From a virus (taxonomy: Duplodnaviria > Caudoviricetes): DNA of 57,327 nt. Shown piece after piece: positions 34,079 to 43,841 of this stretch; the stretch's first letter is position 1; every line of letters begins with the position of its first letter. Made by a program: the position numbers and the translations under genes. Location of the stretch: positions 1 to 57,327 of IMG/VR virus record IMGVR_UViG_3300002145_000154; one strand, 5' to 3'. The notes beneath the pieces were generated by a model. That model made no database searches. It saw nothing but the letters and a program-made list of their open reading frames with translations, and was not told where the DNA came from.

Positions 34079-35695
34079 ATGCCTTCGCTAGCAGAACAAC
34101 TCAAGACAGCCAAGTCCCGGTCAGAGACACCTTCTAAGCTGCCCCACCTGATCATCGTCGCTCGGGCTGGCACCGGGAAAACCACTACACTGGTGGAGGG
34201 TCTTCACGCTGTGAACGGCAAGAAGTCAAAGCTCATACCGTCACCGCAGCAGGCAGCCGTCTGGGACGAGCTCAAGAAGTCTCGTGGGGCAAAGACGATT
34301 TGTTTCGCGGCGTTCAATTCATCCATCAAGAAGGAGTTAGAGTCCCGAGTCCCTGAAGGATGCGAGGCTGCAACTATGCACTCCTTGGGGTTCCGCTCGC
34401 TTAGGAAAGCGTTCCCCAAAGCAGCCAAGAAAGATTGGAAGTGTGAGGACATCCTCGCCGAACTCTCCGGGAAGACCTCTTGGAATCTCAAGAAGGAGCG
34501 TCCGGAGCTTGTCAGTACAATCTCCCAACTTGCCGGACTGTGTCGAAGCTCGCTTTTGTCTGGGACGGAGGAAGAACTCCTCGATCTGATCGAGGCTCAT
34601 TCGATCGAAACGAACGATTCGCTGCGGGAGATTCTTCATTACACACCTCAAGTTGTAGAGATGTGTAAGGACATCGCTCGTTGGGGTTTCGACTTCACTG
34701 ACATGATTTGGGCACCACTTGCCTTGAAGCTATCCATCTACAAGTACGACTTGCTTCTTGTGGACGAGGCGCAAGATCTGAATCGGTGCCAACAAGAACT
34801 TGCCTTCCACATGGGGAAGCGACTGATTTTTTGCGGAGATGATCGACAAGCCATCTACGGATTCGCCGGAGCGGATTGTAGTTCTTTGTCTAGCTTAGCG
34901 AAGATTCTAGGAGAAACAGCAAATGGAGTGACTGTCCTCCCGTTGACAGTCACACGACGATGTGGACAAGCAATCGTCAAAGAAGCAAAAGAGCTTGTTC
35001 CAGATTTTGAGGCACACCCTGACAATACTCCAGGGAAGATTTCATACATGTCGTATGGGTCTGGAGACGACGACTACCGGAAGTTCGTTGGTCCTGGAGA
35101 CATGGTTCTTTGTCGATGCAACGCTCCTTTGGTGAGAGAGTGCTTCCGGTTCCTTCGGGACGGAATCAAAGCTAACATCCAGGGACGAGACGTAGGTGTT
35201 GGTCTTTTCAACGTCCTGAAGAAAATCTACAGACCAAGGGGGAAAGGTCTGATGAAGAGAGAGGATTGGATTGCTCTCTTCGAAGGGATTTCAGCGAACG
35301 ATCTACTCACCCAGCTGTCCCAATGGGTCGAGTCTGAGACCCTGAAGGAACAGGCGAAGTCGCATCCGTCGGAAAGAAAAATTGAGACTCTCTCTGACAA
35401 ATACAATTGTCTCGTGTGCTTCACTGAAGGAGCACAAACAGTCGGTGATGTTGTTCGGAAGATGGATGAGATTTTCACTGACACGGAAACGACTGGAGTC
35501 CTGCTGAGCTCTTGCCACAAAGCAAAGGGTCTAGAGGCTGACAATGTGTTTCTTCTGAGGATCAAGGAGGCTCCTGTGCCTCACCCGATGGCAAAGACCC
35601 AGGAATCATACAACCAAGAGCTGAACCTGCTCTACATCGCGATCACGAGAGCCAAGCATGTTTTCACGTACGTGACCTCTCCTGTTGACGATTGA
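34079..35695 (+). CDS. SF1A (UvrD/Rep-like) DNA helicase
   Basis: ARAGTGKTT, AFN, TMHSLG, VDEAQD, GDDRQAIYGFAGA, HKAKGLE, NLLYIAITRAK. Confidence 0.9.
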   Translation: MPSLAEQLKTAKSRSETPSKLPHLIIVARAGTGKTTTLVEGLHAVNGKKSKLIPSPQQAAVWDELKKSRGAKTICFAAFNSSIKKELESRVPEGCEAATMHSLGFRSLRKAFPKAAKKDWKCEDILAELSGKTSWNLKKERPELVSTISQLAGLCRSSLLSGTEEELLDLIEAHSIETNDSLREILHYTPQVVEMCKDIARWGFDFTDMIWAPLALKLSIYKYDLLLVDEAQDLNRCQQELAFHMGKRLIFCGDDRQAIYGFAGADCSSLSSLAKILGETANGVTVLPLTVTRRCGQAIVKEAKELVPDFEAHPDNTPGKISYMSYGSGDDDYRKFVGPGDMVLCRCNAPLVRECFRFLRDGIKANIQGRDVGVGLFNVLKKIYRPRGKGLMKREDWIALFEGISANDLLTQLSQWVESETLKEQAKSHPSERKIETLSDKYNCLVCFTEGAQTVGDVVRKMDEIFTDTETTGVLLSSCHKAKGLEADNVFLLRIKEAPVPHPMAKTQESYNQELNLLYIAITRAKHVFTYVTSPVDD

Positions 35696-35793
35696 ATCTG
35701 GCCGTGAGGGCGAGGTCCTGGACATGACTCAAAACTGTCCACTCTACTTCTTCGACACTTCAGAGAGCATGTAACGGACCACAGGAGATCAGC

Positions 35794-35976
35794 GTGGCGA
35801 CCACAACAACAATACAAGACGATAATTTCAGGGATGCCGTAATCAGCCGGTCACTGCTTGAGGATGCTATCGCGTGGATAGCGGAAAATATGGAGCCAGA
35901 AGACGTTTTCAGTGAGAAAGCACTTGAGGCGTGGGCGACTCGTCACGGAATGACGCTTGACAATCCAGACGAGTAA
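35794..35976 (+). CDS. hypothetical protein
   Basis: AGGAG RBS; WI..NMEPEDVF...LEAWA..HG. Confidence 0.6.
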   Translation: MATTTTIQDDNFRDAVISRSLLEDAIAWIAENMEPEDVFSEKALEAWATRHGMTLDNPDE

Positions 35977-36015
35977 ATTCACAGGTAGACTATTCCAACG
36001 ATTTTCAGGTGATCT

Positions 36016-36585
36016 ATGGACCCAAGTACTCTTCAAACAACAATGGCAGTCGCTTTAGGACTCATTGCAGGAGCCTCAGGACTCCTCTCAGCTCCCGTAA
36101 CTTCTCGGCCGGAGAATACCTCGCGTCGGAGATTGCGGAAGCTCCTAGCGAAGGCTGAGAAGCTGAGGATGCGAGGTCTCTTGGTGTTCCAGGTCTCCAA
36201 AAAGGATTTCGACCTGATAGTCTCTAACGTAGAACAAGACATCGCTGGTCCGGTCTTATTTGGTGGTTGTGTGGTTTGTCCTCCTAATTGGTTTGCTCTC
36301 CGGAAAATTCCAAAGAAGAGACAGGGACAGATTTGGCAACCGAAGGATCAGCCAGCTCTACATGTCAGTCTGATGACTGACAGGCATCTGGAGAACAGCA
36401 TCAATCTTCTCCTAAGGTACGGACACACAGCGTACTCTAATCGGACTCTCCGATGGTTGTTAGAAGAACGAAATGAAAGAGCAACTCTCCGTAACAAACC
36501 CGAAGACGAGGAGGATTTCGTTCATGGATATTACAACGACGACGATGACGATTACGAAGATGAAGACGACTTCCGAGACTTCTAG
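36016..36585 (+). CDS. hypothetical protein with N-terminal TM helix and acidic tail
   Basis: Hydrophobic N-terminus; MTDRHLENSI motif; Asp-rich end. Confidence 0.6.
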   Translation: MDPSTLQTTMAVALGLIAGASGLLSAPVTSRPENTSRRRLRKLLAKAEKLRMRGLLVFQVSKKDFDLIVSNVEQDIAGPVLFGGCVVCPPNWFALRKIPKKRQGQIWQPKDQPALHVSLMTDRHLENSINLLLRYGHTAYSNRTLRWLLEERNERATLRNKPEDEEDFVHGYYNDDDDDYEDEDDFRDF

Positions 36586-36954
36586 GGGATTTTGCTGCCA
36601 CTGTGGTGCGTCTGTCACTCTCGGTGCTGTCATGCACGGTCGATCCGATAGGTTCTACGTCCTCGGACATCGGTGCAAGAACAAGCCAAGAGCCTACAGA
36701 ATTCAGGTTGATCGTTACTGTCGCGGAGTACAACCAATGATAGGCATGCTTGTGCAGCCCAAGCAATCATCTGGAAGTAGGTAGAGACGATTTAAGCGTC
36801 CCGATAAGTCCCGTCGAGATCGCTATAATCAGGTCAGGGGCTGGAAGAGAAACTTATTGTGTTCTCATGGACCTGAAGAGGAGGCTCTGACCTTGGACTA
36901 TGACCCTGTCCGTTCAACTCTAGACTATGGTCTGGAAATTTATGAGGAAGAAGT

Positions 36955-37164
36955 ATGACTCCACGAGAAATGGCTGATATCATTGGTTGTTCCGTCCAAC
37001 AAGTGAGGACACTGATCAGAAAAGGATCAATCAACGCAAAGACAAAGGAAATTCCTGGAGGATTTTGTTATGACATCAGTCCGAAGGAAGTCGAAAAATT
37101 CAGAGTACAACCTCAAACTGGAGGATGGCCTCGGGGAGTCCCTCGGGGAAAGACGAAGAAGTAG
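36955..37164 (+). CDS. excisionase/MerR-like HTH DNA-binding protein
   Basis: MTPREMADIIGCSVQQVRTLIRKGSINA...YDI...EVEKF; GWPRG tail. Confidence 0.8.
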   Translation: MTPREMADIIGCSVQQVRTLIRKGSINAKTKEIPGGFCYDISPKEVEKFRVQPQTGGWPRGVPRGKTKK

Positions 37165-37251
37165 ATAACATTTCACCTGTAAGAGATTTCAGGTACAGGA
37201 CTGTCTGAAGTTTCTGCTTAACAATTCCGAGTCCTAACAGGAGAGTGCGTT

Positions 37252-37566
37252 ATGTCCCATGAGAAGAGCTTAGATGTAACATCGACAACAGACACGAAAG
37301 AGAAGGTTTCTGATGTGGTTGTCGTTGGAAACCCGGACATGTTTTCCTTGTTGTGTAAGGCGAGCTCCAAAGAACAGGGATGGATGAAGTCGGCAAAAGC
37401 GTACGTCATTCCTGGTGGTGTGTTTGTTCAAGTGACAACACAACAACGAAATCCCGATGGAAGCTATGCAGTGGCGGAGGCTCTCGCTTTTGCTCCAGGT
37501 AACTTCTTATTACGACCTGAAGATAACGGTGATAAATCTATCGTTCCATCGGATTCTGTCTTCTAA
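37252..37566 (+). CDS. conserved hypothetical phage protein
   Basis: AGGAG RBS; LLCKASS..QGWMKS.KA...VQVTTQQ...AEAL.F.PG. Confidence 0.7.
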   Translation: MSHEKSLDVTSTTDTKEKVSDVVVVGNPDMFSLLCKASSKEQGWMKSAKAYVIPGGVFVQVTTQQRNPDGSYAVAEALAFAPGNFLLRPEDNGDKSIVPSDSVF

Positions 37567-37916
37567 GAACAGATCACTGCTCTCTTTCTTATCTTTCTGG
37601 TAGACGATCAACCAGACGTCCTGAAGGATTGGACTCACACACACACCTGACCTCACGGGACAGACCGACACCCCCGACCATTTCAGGTACCAAAGTGAAG
37701 GCTGCTCCTGTCCAGATTTCAGTCCCTCAAACAGGGAACGTGACCTGGGAAGTTCTTTCAGGTTCACAGATGTGGAAGAATGATGGAACCTTTGATTTCA
37801 AGACAGGGACTCACATACAAGTCGAGCAGAACCAATATCAAGGAGTTTGAAGAATTTGTCAAGATCATTGCTGGTGTTGATCAAGTTCTTTGTAACTAAG
37901 CAACAATAATAACAAA

Positions 37917-37976
37917 CCCCAACGGTCGCTCACTCCCAGGCCGGAGCATGGACCCAAGAGGAGCAGACCGTTGGGG
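37917..37976 (-). terminator. long-loop hairpin terminating the late operon
   Basis: 11-bp perfect inverted repeat ccccaacggtc / gaccgttgggg; T-rich run follows on the minus strand; lies between convergent units. Confidence 0.6.
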
Positions 37977-37982
37977 CTGTAG

Positions 37983-38729
37983 TCAGTTCAACTTTTCATG
38001 TTGGAATTTGGTAGACACTTCTCTAGTCCTTCTCCGATTTCGAAAGTAACTCTGTAGACGTTGCTGGCGTTCTTTGGCTTCGTCCGGAACAGAACCATCC
38101 GTCAGAGCAGAGCTTCGTCCACACCAGTTCACACCGGCTGGTCCGAGGTGTAGTACCTCAAACGGTGGCCTGATTTTTCGCTCGGCCGGCCAGAGAGCCT
38201 GGAAGAAAGAATCAGCTCCTCCTGCGTGTCGCCAGTTAATATCGTGCCACGGTGGTGGGGGAAGTATTTCGTCGCTTCCGTGGAGGAGCTGGGAGTACCC
38301 TGCAAACTCTGTTTCGTTTCGATGTAAGGGATACTCCGCCCAGTGGCCCTCGGACGGTATAGGATCACTCAGGTCCTCCAGCATTCTCCGTCTGGGAGTA
38401 TAAATGTTTCCCTTCTGAGGTTGGAACCCATCGAGAGATTTCGGCCAGAGTACGTCCGCGTCCATAAGACAGAGCCAACCATCTCTTCCTATATGGTCTA
38501 GACATGCTTCCAGGGCACGCCACTTGTTGAAATCAGCACCGTTTTCGTAGAAGAGATCAGTCTGCCAGACTTCCGCCCCATGTGCGACAGCCACTCCCGG
38601 AGTTCGGTTATCAGCGAAAGAGGTGATAACATGAACTTCCGAGAAGTGATGGCGGTTGTAGGGAAGTGTGATTGCTAGAAGGTCTGCATAGTCAACGCAC
38701 ACTAGCACGGCTCGTACTTGTTCCATCAA
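37983..38729 (-). CDS. GT-A glycosyltransferase
   Basis: VCVDYAD.L..TL, FNK, LMDADV DxD motif, GYSQL, AGGADSFF, VLHLG..G.NW.GR. Confidence 0.8.
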   Translation of the reverse strand: MMEQVRAVLVCVDYADLLAITLPYNRHHFSEVHVITSFADNRTPGVAVAHGAEVWQTDLFYENGADFNKWRALEACLDHIGRDGWLCLMDADVLWPKSLDGFQPQKGNIYTPRRRMLEDLSDPIPSEGHWAEYPLHRNETEFAGYSQLLHGSDEILPPPPWHDINWRHAGGADSFFQALWPAERKIRPPFEVLHLGPAGVNWCGRSSALTDGSVPDEAKERQQRLQSYFRNRRRTREVSTKFQHEKLN

Positions 38730-39307
38730 TTGTCCTTTCGCATATAGTAGGACCAGGGAGCTCCATCAATTTCAGTCACCAAGTAGACGTAGGGAATACC
38801 AAGAGACTCCGCAACAGTTGTTACCGCTGGTTGGACAGTACGTCCCCAGCCTCCCTGTTTCTCTCCAAGACACACGATATCGTGTCCAGCCAGTATTCCT
38901 CCGGCACGTAATTTTGGCCACCAAGCTCGGAGGTCTTGTGCTGTAGCTTCTTCTTGGTGACAGGCGTCAACATAAACAAAGTCGACAGTCCCATCGGAGA
39001 ATCGATCGGCAGCAGCAACACTGTCTTTTCGGTAGATTTCTGTTCGTGATCTGAAAGGATGGAGGATTTGCTGAGCTGCTTTGTAGTCAGCCGTCCGATC
39101 ACTGTGAGACGTTGGATCAGCCACGTCATATCCTGAAGCCCACGTATCCACACAAACCAACTTTTCACCCTTCCAGTTGGCTATCAGGTTGGCAGCAAAG
39201 ACCCCTCGATGAGTACCCAACTCCACGGCAGTTCCTAAGAGTCCCAGAGAATTCAAGAAGCCTGCAAACTGGTTTCGTCCTGCGAAAGGAGCAGCTTGAT
39301 AGATCAC
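38726..39307 (-). CDS. class I SAM methyltransferase (Methyltransf_24-like)
   Basis: AVELGTHRG, CVDTW, DFVYVDACH, WWPKLRAGGILAGHD. Confidence 0.88.
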   Translation of the reverse strand: MIYQAAPFAGRNQFAGFLNSLGLLGTAVELGTHRGVFAANLIANWKGEKLVCVDTWASGYDVADPTSHSDRTADYKAAQQILHPFRSRTEIYRKDSVAAADRFSDGTVDFVYVDACHQEEATAQDLRAWWPKLRAGGILAGHDIVCLGEKQGGWGRTVQPAVTTVAESLGIPYVYLVTEIDGAPWSYYMRKDN

Positions 39308-40248
39308 TTTTTGGCTCCTTGCAGGTATTCCGTGAACTTGAGATTTCGTGAGTCGAGCTGGTTGATGTCGGTCACTAACTCTACCAGCCGTTCTCTTGAT
39401 TTTGGATGGTAAATGTTCGCGTGAGTCTCACTGACTTGCTCAGGTCCAGTCCCTTGTTGAGCCAGTTGACCGTACCCACGGAGAGGCACACCACAATTCA
39501 AACAATGCTGGTCTACCTGGTTTTCGAAAGCATCCATTCCGAGTTTCCACCACTCCAGATTTTCCGCAACCGGGATCCCAGTGATCGGCCAGTCTGGATC
39601 GTCCTGATGGAGAATCGCTTGGGCACCTGCGACTTCACAGAAGTACCCATAGAGAGTTCCTCGGATTTCACACATCATCGCAGACCAGTACTTGTTGATA
39701 TCACAGTTGGCTATCAGGTTCCAACACTCACCCTCATCAACAATATCCTTCATTGCTACATGTGTTGGACTATGCCGAGAGTCGTCTTCAGATTTCAGAC
39801 CAAACGGTCGCGACTCTGGCCAATCCCTTTTGAACTCATCGAAAGCTTCTTGTTTGAGATGAACATTCAGGTTGGAATATCCTGGATCAAACGTAGAACG
39901 CATCTCTCGACCATGCCCTCTGGGATGATTACACCAGATACCAGCCCGACGTCGAGGAACATGAATCCGAACCAGGTTACAAAGAGTTGGAAACTCTGGA
40001 TGAAGAGCAGGATTGCCACCGAATACTCCAACAATGCCAAAGTAGCTTCTCAGAGACATCAGTGCGAGTTCAAAGTTTTCTACACTGATGAATGAACGAA
40101 GACCACGAAGATTGCTTCCCTGAGTACAGTGATAACAAGCCAGATCGCAGGTCCGTGTCACATGGATTTGTAATACACCTCCTCTTGGCTTGCCTGTCCG
40201 ACGCTGGCTAGGGAGTATCATCTGTGATAATGCTTGCTGTCTGTCCAT
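39304..40248 (-). CDS. radical SAM enzyme
   Basis: CDLACYHC, FGGNPALHPEF, additional C-terminal cysteines (FCEVA, CLNCG). Confidence 0.85.
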   Translation of the reverse strand: MDRQQALSQMILPSQRRTGKPRGGVLQIHVTRTCDLACYHCTQGSNLRGLRSFISVENFELALMSLRSYFGIVGVFGGNPALHPEFPTLCNLVRIHVPRRRAGIWCNHPRGHGREMRSTFDPGYSNLNVHLKQEAFDEFKRDWPESRPFGLKSEDDSRHSPTHVAMKDIVDEGECWNLIANCDINKYWSAMMCEIRGTLYGYFCEVAGAQAILHQDDPDWPITGIPVAENLEWWKLGMDAFENQVDQHCLNCGVPLRGYGQLAQQGTGPEQVSETHANIYHPKSRERLVELVTDINQLDSRNLKFTEYLQGAKK

Positions 40249-41313
40249 CTATTTGCTCCTAATTGTTGTTGCGTAATTCTCTCTCAGTACTTCGATCTCA
40301 GATGCGAGACGTGATGTCTCCCGACGAAAGTCAAAACGTTCACATGCTTGACGTGCAAAGAACTCTTGAGAATCAGTGTCATACTCTGTGAGAGCTTGTT
40401 CAATGGCATGATGGATTTCACGCATTGAGGCTCTCGGAGAGACTCGTATCAAGTTCTCACTGATTTCAGGAACCACTTCATCTTCAGGCAGATCTGTAAT
40501 CACTCGACAACCACAAGCAGTAGACTCGACAATCTTACGAAGCAAGTACCCATACTTGCTGGCAGTACAGATTGAGACTTTATACTGCGAGAGTGCCTGA
40601 AGGAATTCTTCAGTACACGATCCGTTTCGGTGATACCCTGGGTGTTGAAGATAATCAATCCCTAGTGCTCGAAAGTGTCTAAGATTTCGTATGATTTGTT
40701 GACGCAAGGGATAAGCCGAAGAGACTGCTCCACTGATCAGAACATTCTTAGTTCTGTCAGCTTTGTAAGCAGGAACCAAGAAAGGGTCCAAAGTGTGATA
40801 GGTTCTGATGTAGTGTTCTTTTCTGACGTACGGAGCCAGATGTTGAACAATGGTTGGATGGTAATAACCGATCCACGCATGACATCCGATTTCCTCTGCT
40901 GACTCACGGTGATATTCAGGAGCCTGATGACTATCTTTGAGAATTGTGAGTTTGAAAACATCCTCACGAGATTTCAGTTCTCCCACGTTCTGAAACTTAG
41001 CAGCAGGATCACGGAAGTCTCTGGAGTGTGTGACGTCCCATTCTCGTTTATCCTGAAGAACTATGGTTCCTGGGTTCATAACAAGAAATCGTCGCACATC
41101 TACTGTGTCTAGAGGAAGGTGGTGTCCTCCTAACAGATATCCCGCTTGCTCTAGTCCCGCGAAGATTTGCCAACCTTCGTCAGTCATGTGACGTTTCATT
41201 GACTCAACAGCCAAACCTATTCTGAGCGTGCCTTCTCCAGGAGTGTATGCCGGAGATTTAAGAGGTACCATCGCTGGTTGCGGCAGCTTTTTGAGCACGT
41301 CAGTTATGAACAT
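40249..41313 (-). CDS. GT-B glycosyltransferase (CgeB/GT4-like C-terminal domain)
   Basis: SGA....YPLR, HPGY, LSQYKVSI...SKYGYLLRKIVESTACGC.VITD. Confidence 0.75.
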   Translation of the reverse strand: MFITDVLKKLPQPAMVPLKSPAYTPGEGTLRIGLAVESMKRHMTDEGWQIFAGLEQAGYLLGGHHLPLDTVDVRRFLVMNPGTIVLQDKREWDVTHSRDFRDPAAKFQNVGELKSREDVFKLTILKDSHQAPEYHRESAEEIGCHAWIGYYHPTIVQHLAPYVRKEHYIRTYHTLDPFLVPAYKADRTKNVLISGAVSSAYPLRQQIIRNLRHFRALGIDYLQHPGYHRNGSCTEEFLQALSQYKVSICTASKYGYLLRKIVESTACGCRVITDLPEDEVVPEISENLIRVSPRASMREIHHAIEQALTEYDTDSQEFFARQACERFDFRRETSRLASEIEVLRENYATTIRSK

Positions 41314-42032
41314 TTCAAAGTCTCTCGCATTGTTTCTGAATCCAACTCCTCTCTGAAAGAAAGAGAGATAGGATGTTTCTTACGACCGATGGTGCTCTCT
41401 GTTCCTGTATGTTGGATCAGGCTCGGATTGTGGACATACTCCCGATAACCGAGATCATTCATTGCTGTCACAACAATCCCGTCAATGTTTTTCGTTGGAT
41501 GTCGTACGGTCGCAGGCTTGTTGGTAAGTAGAGGATGACCCAATAGTGACGGAACAACTTTTCGAGGGAACACCAATCCCAACGCTCCACGTCCTGTTTG
41601 CTGCGTCGTTGTGCCTCCGAGCTGTCTTGTTTGTTTCCAACAGTAGTGTTGGTTTTCTGTAAACATAGTTTGATTGGATGGAGCCGTGTAGAGATTCATG
41701 TATCCATCATCGGGACAGTGAGACATTTCCAGGTAGTCTCGGAGATTTGCAACACACTGAACATCATCCTGAAAGATAGCATACCACTGTGCATCAGGAT
41801 TTCGTACCCAAAGTCCCCAAAGAGCTGACATCCAATTGCCGAAGGCTCCTAGTGGTGGTTGATGACGAGTGACTTGGTATTCATCTTCCCATCCATCAGT
41901 GTCTTCGGTCAAGTCCAAGAACAATTCGGGATGAGTGAATCCTGCTTGATAAAGACTTGCAAGGGTTCTGACTAATGTGGTGTTCCTGATCCGCTCTGTA
42001 CAGCTTGTCACTCCATATGCCCAAGTTTTCAT
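41304..42032 (-). CDS. GT-A glycosyltransferase
   Basis: GVT...ER, IFQDDV, GALGLVF, NIDG, HNPSLIQHTG..S. Confidence 0.75.
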   Translation of the reverse strand: MKTWAYGVTSCTERIRNTTLVRTLASLYQAGFTHPELFLDLTEDTDGWEDEYQVTRHQPPLGAFGNWMSALWGLWVRNPDAQWYAIFQDDVQCVANLRDYLEMSHCPDDGYMNLYTAPSNQTMFTENQHYCWKQTRQLGGTTTQQTGRGALGLVFPRKVVPSLLGHPLLTNKPATVRHPTKNIDGIVVTAMNDLGYREYVHNPSLIQHTGTESTIGRKKHPISLSFREELDSETMRETLKCS

Positions 42033-42694
42033 GTGCTCCTCCTGGAAAACTGGTAGACGTGTTGAGCCAATTCAAAGTCTTCTTCCGTATCGATATCAAT
42101 CCCTCTCTTTTCAGTCTCATACCATAGGGGTTTCGCTCCTATGTGGTAAGGACAATGAGCCAGAGATTCTTCGGTGAGAATGGAGAACGTGAAAGGCATT
42201 GTGTACATTGTCGAGAGAGTTTGACTGGTTTTGTGGTAGTTACCAAACTGCCAACCGACAGGATTATGTTGTGGGTCTAACAGGTATTGCTTAGTTTTGT
42301 AAACGACACACAGACTGTCATACGCTTTCCCTCTTCTCTCCCAAGTATTTAGAGCCAGGTCATATTCATCAAACAACGGATCGCAAACTTGTGCCCAGGC
42401 GATCTCATTTTCATAAGAGATCTCCTTGATGATTTCACTGATCCAGTGAGTAAGAGACACAGAGTTGTCACAGAGTTTCGGGTCTCTCTCCAGTCCTCGG
42501 ACAGAATAACGTCCTCTCAGTTGTCGGAGAGCTTCAGCACAATCACAGCTGACGTAGATGTCTCCTGGTAAGAAGCCTGCCAACAACAACTTTTCAATGG
42601 TTAAATCAACAAGACATTTCCCTTGATAGAACTCTCTCCAGTTCTTGTATCGAACTCGTGTGCTTTCGAGTTTCGCTGGGATAACTACTTTCAT
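42029..42694 (-). CDS. CMP-nonulosonate/KDO synthetase-like cytidylyltransferase
   Basis: VVIPAKLESTRVRYKN, IYVSCD, DPL, DIDTEEDFELA. Confidence 0.85.
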   Translation of the reverse strand: MKVVIPAKLESTRVRYKNWREFYQGKCLVDLTIEKLLLAGFLPGDIYVSCDCAEALRQLRGRYSVRGLERDPKLCDNSVSLTHWISEIIKEISYENEIAWAQVCDPLFDEYDLALNTWERRGKAYDSLCVVYKTKQYLLDPQHNPVGWQFGNYHKTSQTLSTMYTMPFTFSILTEESLAHCPYHIGAKPLWYETEKRGIDIDTEEDFELAQHVYQFSRRST

Positions 42695-43278
42695 GAGAGG
42701 ACCTCAATTTGAACACCGTAAACTCTCTGAAGAACTGGAATGATGGTTTCGTTGGCTCGCTTGAATTCGTTAAGCAGGTCATCGTGAGTGTTCATAGCTC
42801 CTATCATTCCTGGAGCGTAATTAGATCTTCCTCCGCCATCCATTCCCAGTACATAGAGCGTTTTCAGACAGCGATACTTACACAACCAGTGGATTGCTCC
42901 TGATGTTGTGTGGTGATGAACTATTCCTCCTGAAAGGATTCTGTGGTGAATGTTTTCAAGCACATAGGAACAAGCATGGTCCTCGTAAGTGAGCCATTTG
43001 TACTGTCCGTCTAGCAACCATCTATTGTCCGGGTGCTGTTTTGCAAACTCAGGACTCACGAACGTGTCGATCTTTACCGCCAACGATTCAGGGATTCTGG
43101 ATTCGCTCGGGATTCCTACACGAGTCAGATGTGTGAAGAAACAGTAATCTATTCGAGGAGTTTTCTTCAACAGAAGACTAGAATCGTTCACGGTCGCAAT
43201 GATTTCTGGTCTCAATTTTTCACAGACCTCGTCAGCTCTTGCCGCTGATGGTCCTTTAAGAATCAAGATCGCTTTCAT
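42691..43278 (-). CDS. sialyltransferase-like (CstII/Maf-type fold) protein
   Basis: ILILKGPS, IATVND, TTSGAIHWL, LYVLGMDG; adjacent to the CMP-sugar synthetase. Confidence 0.55.
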   Translation of the reverse strand: MKAILILKGPSAARADEVCEKLRPEIIATVNDSSLLLKKTPRIDYCFFTHLTRVGIPSESRIPESLAVKIDTFVSPEFAKQHPDNRWLLDGQYKWLTYEDHACSYVLENIHHRILSGGIVHHHTTSGAIHWLCKYRCLKTLYVLGMDGGGRSNYAPGMIGAMNTHDDLLNEFKRANETIIPVLQRVYGVQIEVLS

Positions 43279-43841
43279 TTTCGCACCCAGATTCTAGTGT
43301 CTTCTAAGACTTGGAACTCTCCTGGTAATGACATGTTCACTGCGTCAACAACACCAATCTGGCTAGCACAATAATCGTGTCCCCAGAGAAGACCGTCGTC
43401 ACCTACAACAGAACCCCACTCCTGGATGTCTGATGACACCTCAGCGTATTCATGACAAGCATCGATATAGACTGAATCAGCTTGCAACACTTCGATCGCT
43501 GCATGAGACGATTTCATCTGGAGATGTAGAATCTCTAAATCTGGTCGGTGGTTCTTGATACTGTCGAGTGTTGTGTTGAAAACTTGTTTCCACCAATGGA
43601 TACTGGGCATGTGGAGAGATACAGTGTCCCACTCAATGAACGGTTCAATCGTGATCAGCCTTCCCCCTACCGGCATCGCTCCTGCAGCAACAAAGAGGCT
43701 TTTCCCGCAAAAACTTCCAACCTCAACGTGGGTCCTTGGTTTCTTCTGTGTGATTACGTCGTAGATTGCACCAAGCTCGACTGGCCAACACCACCCAGGT
43801 ATCAGATAGCTACTTTCAACAGTCTTCTTACGATCAAGCAT
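43275..43841 (-). CDS. class I SAM methyltransferase (Methyltransf_24-like)
   Basis: IPGW, VEVGSFCGKS, VYIDACHEY..V..DI..W, LWGHDY, GVVDAV. Confidence 0.88.
   Translation of the reverse strand: MLDRKKTVESSYLIPGWCWPVELGAIYDVITQKKPRTHVEVGSFCGKSLFVAAGAMPVGGRLITIEPFIEWDTVSLHMPSIHWWKQVFNTTLDSIKNHRPDLEILHLQMKSSHAAIEVLQADSVYIDACHEYAEVSSDIQEWGSVVGDDGLLWGHDYCASQIGVVDAVNMSLPGEFQVLEDTRIWVRK

Noticed and set aside
36473-36784. Plus-strand ORF with CCHC motif
   Set aside because: Overlaps the upstream gene by over 100 nt with no convincing internal start; left uncalled, though it could be real.
36955-37164. Evidence of lysogeny from the excisionase-like HTH
   Set aside because: No integrase, repressor or host genes in the window; this HTH family also occurs as a stand-alone regulator.
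39406-40095. 229-aa plus-strand ORF
   Set aside because: Antisense shadow of the radical SAM gene.
39304-40248. QueE / 7-deazaguanine DNA modification
   Set aside because: No FolE, QueD, QueC or DpdA recognisable in the window.
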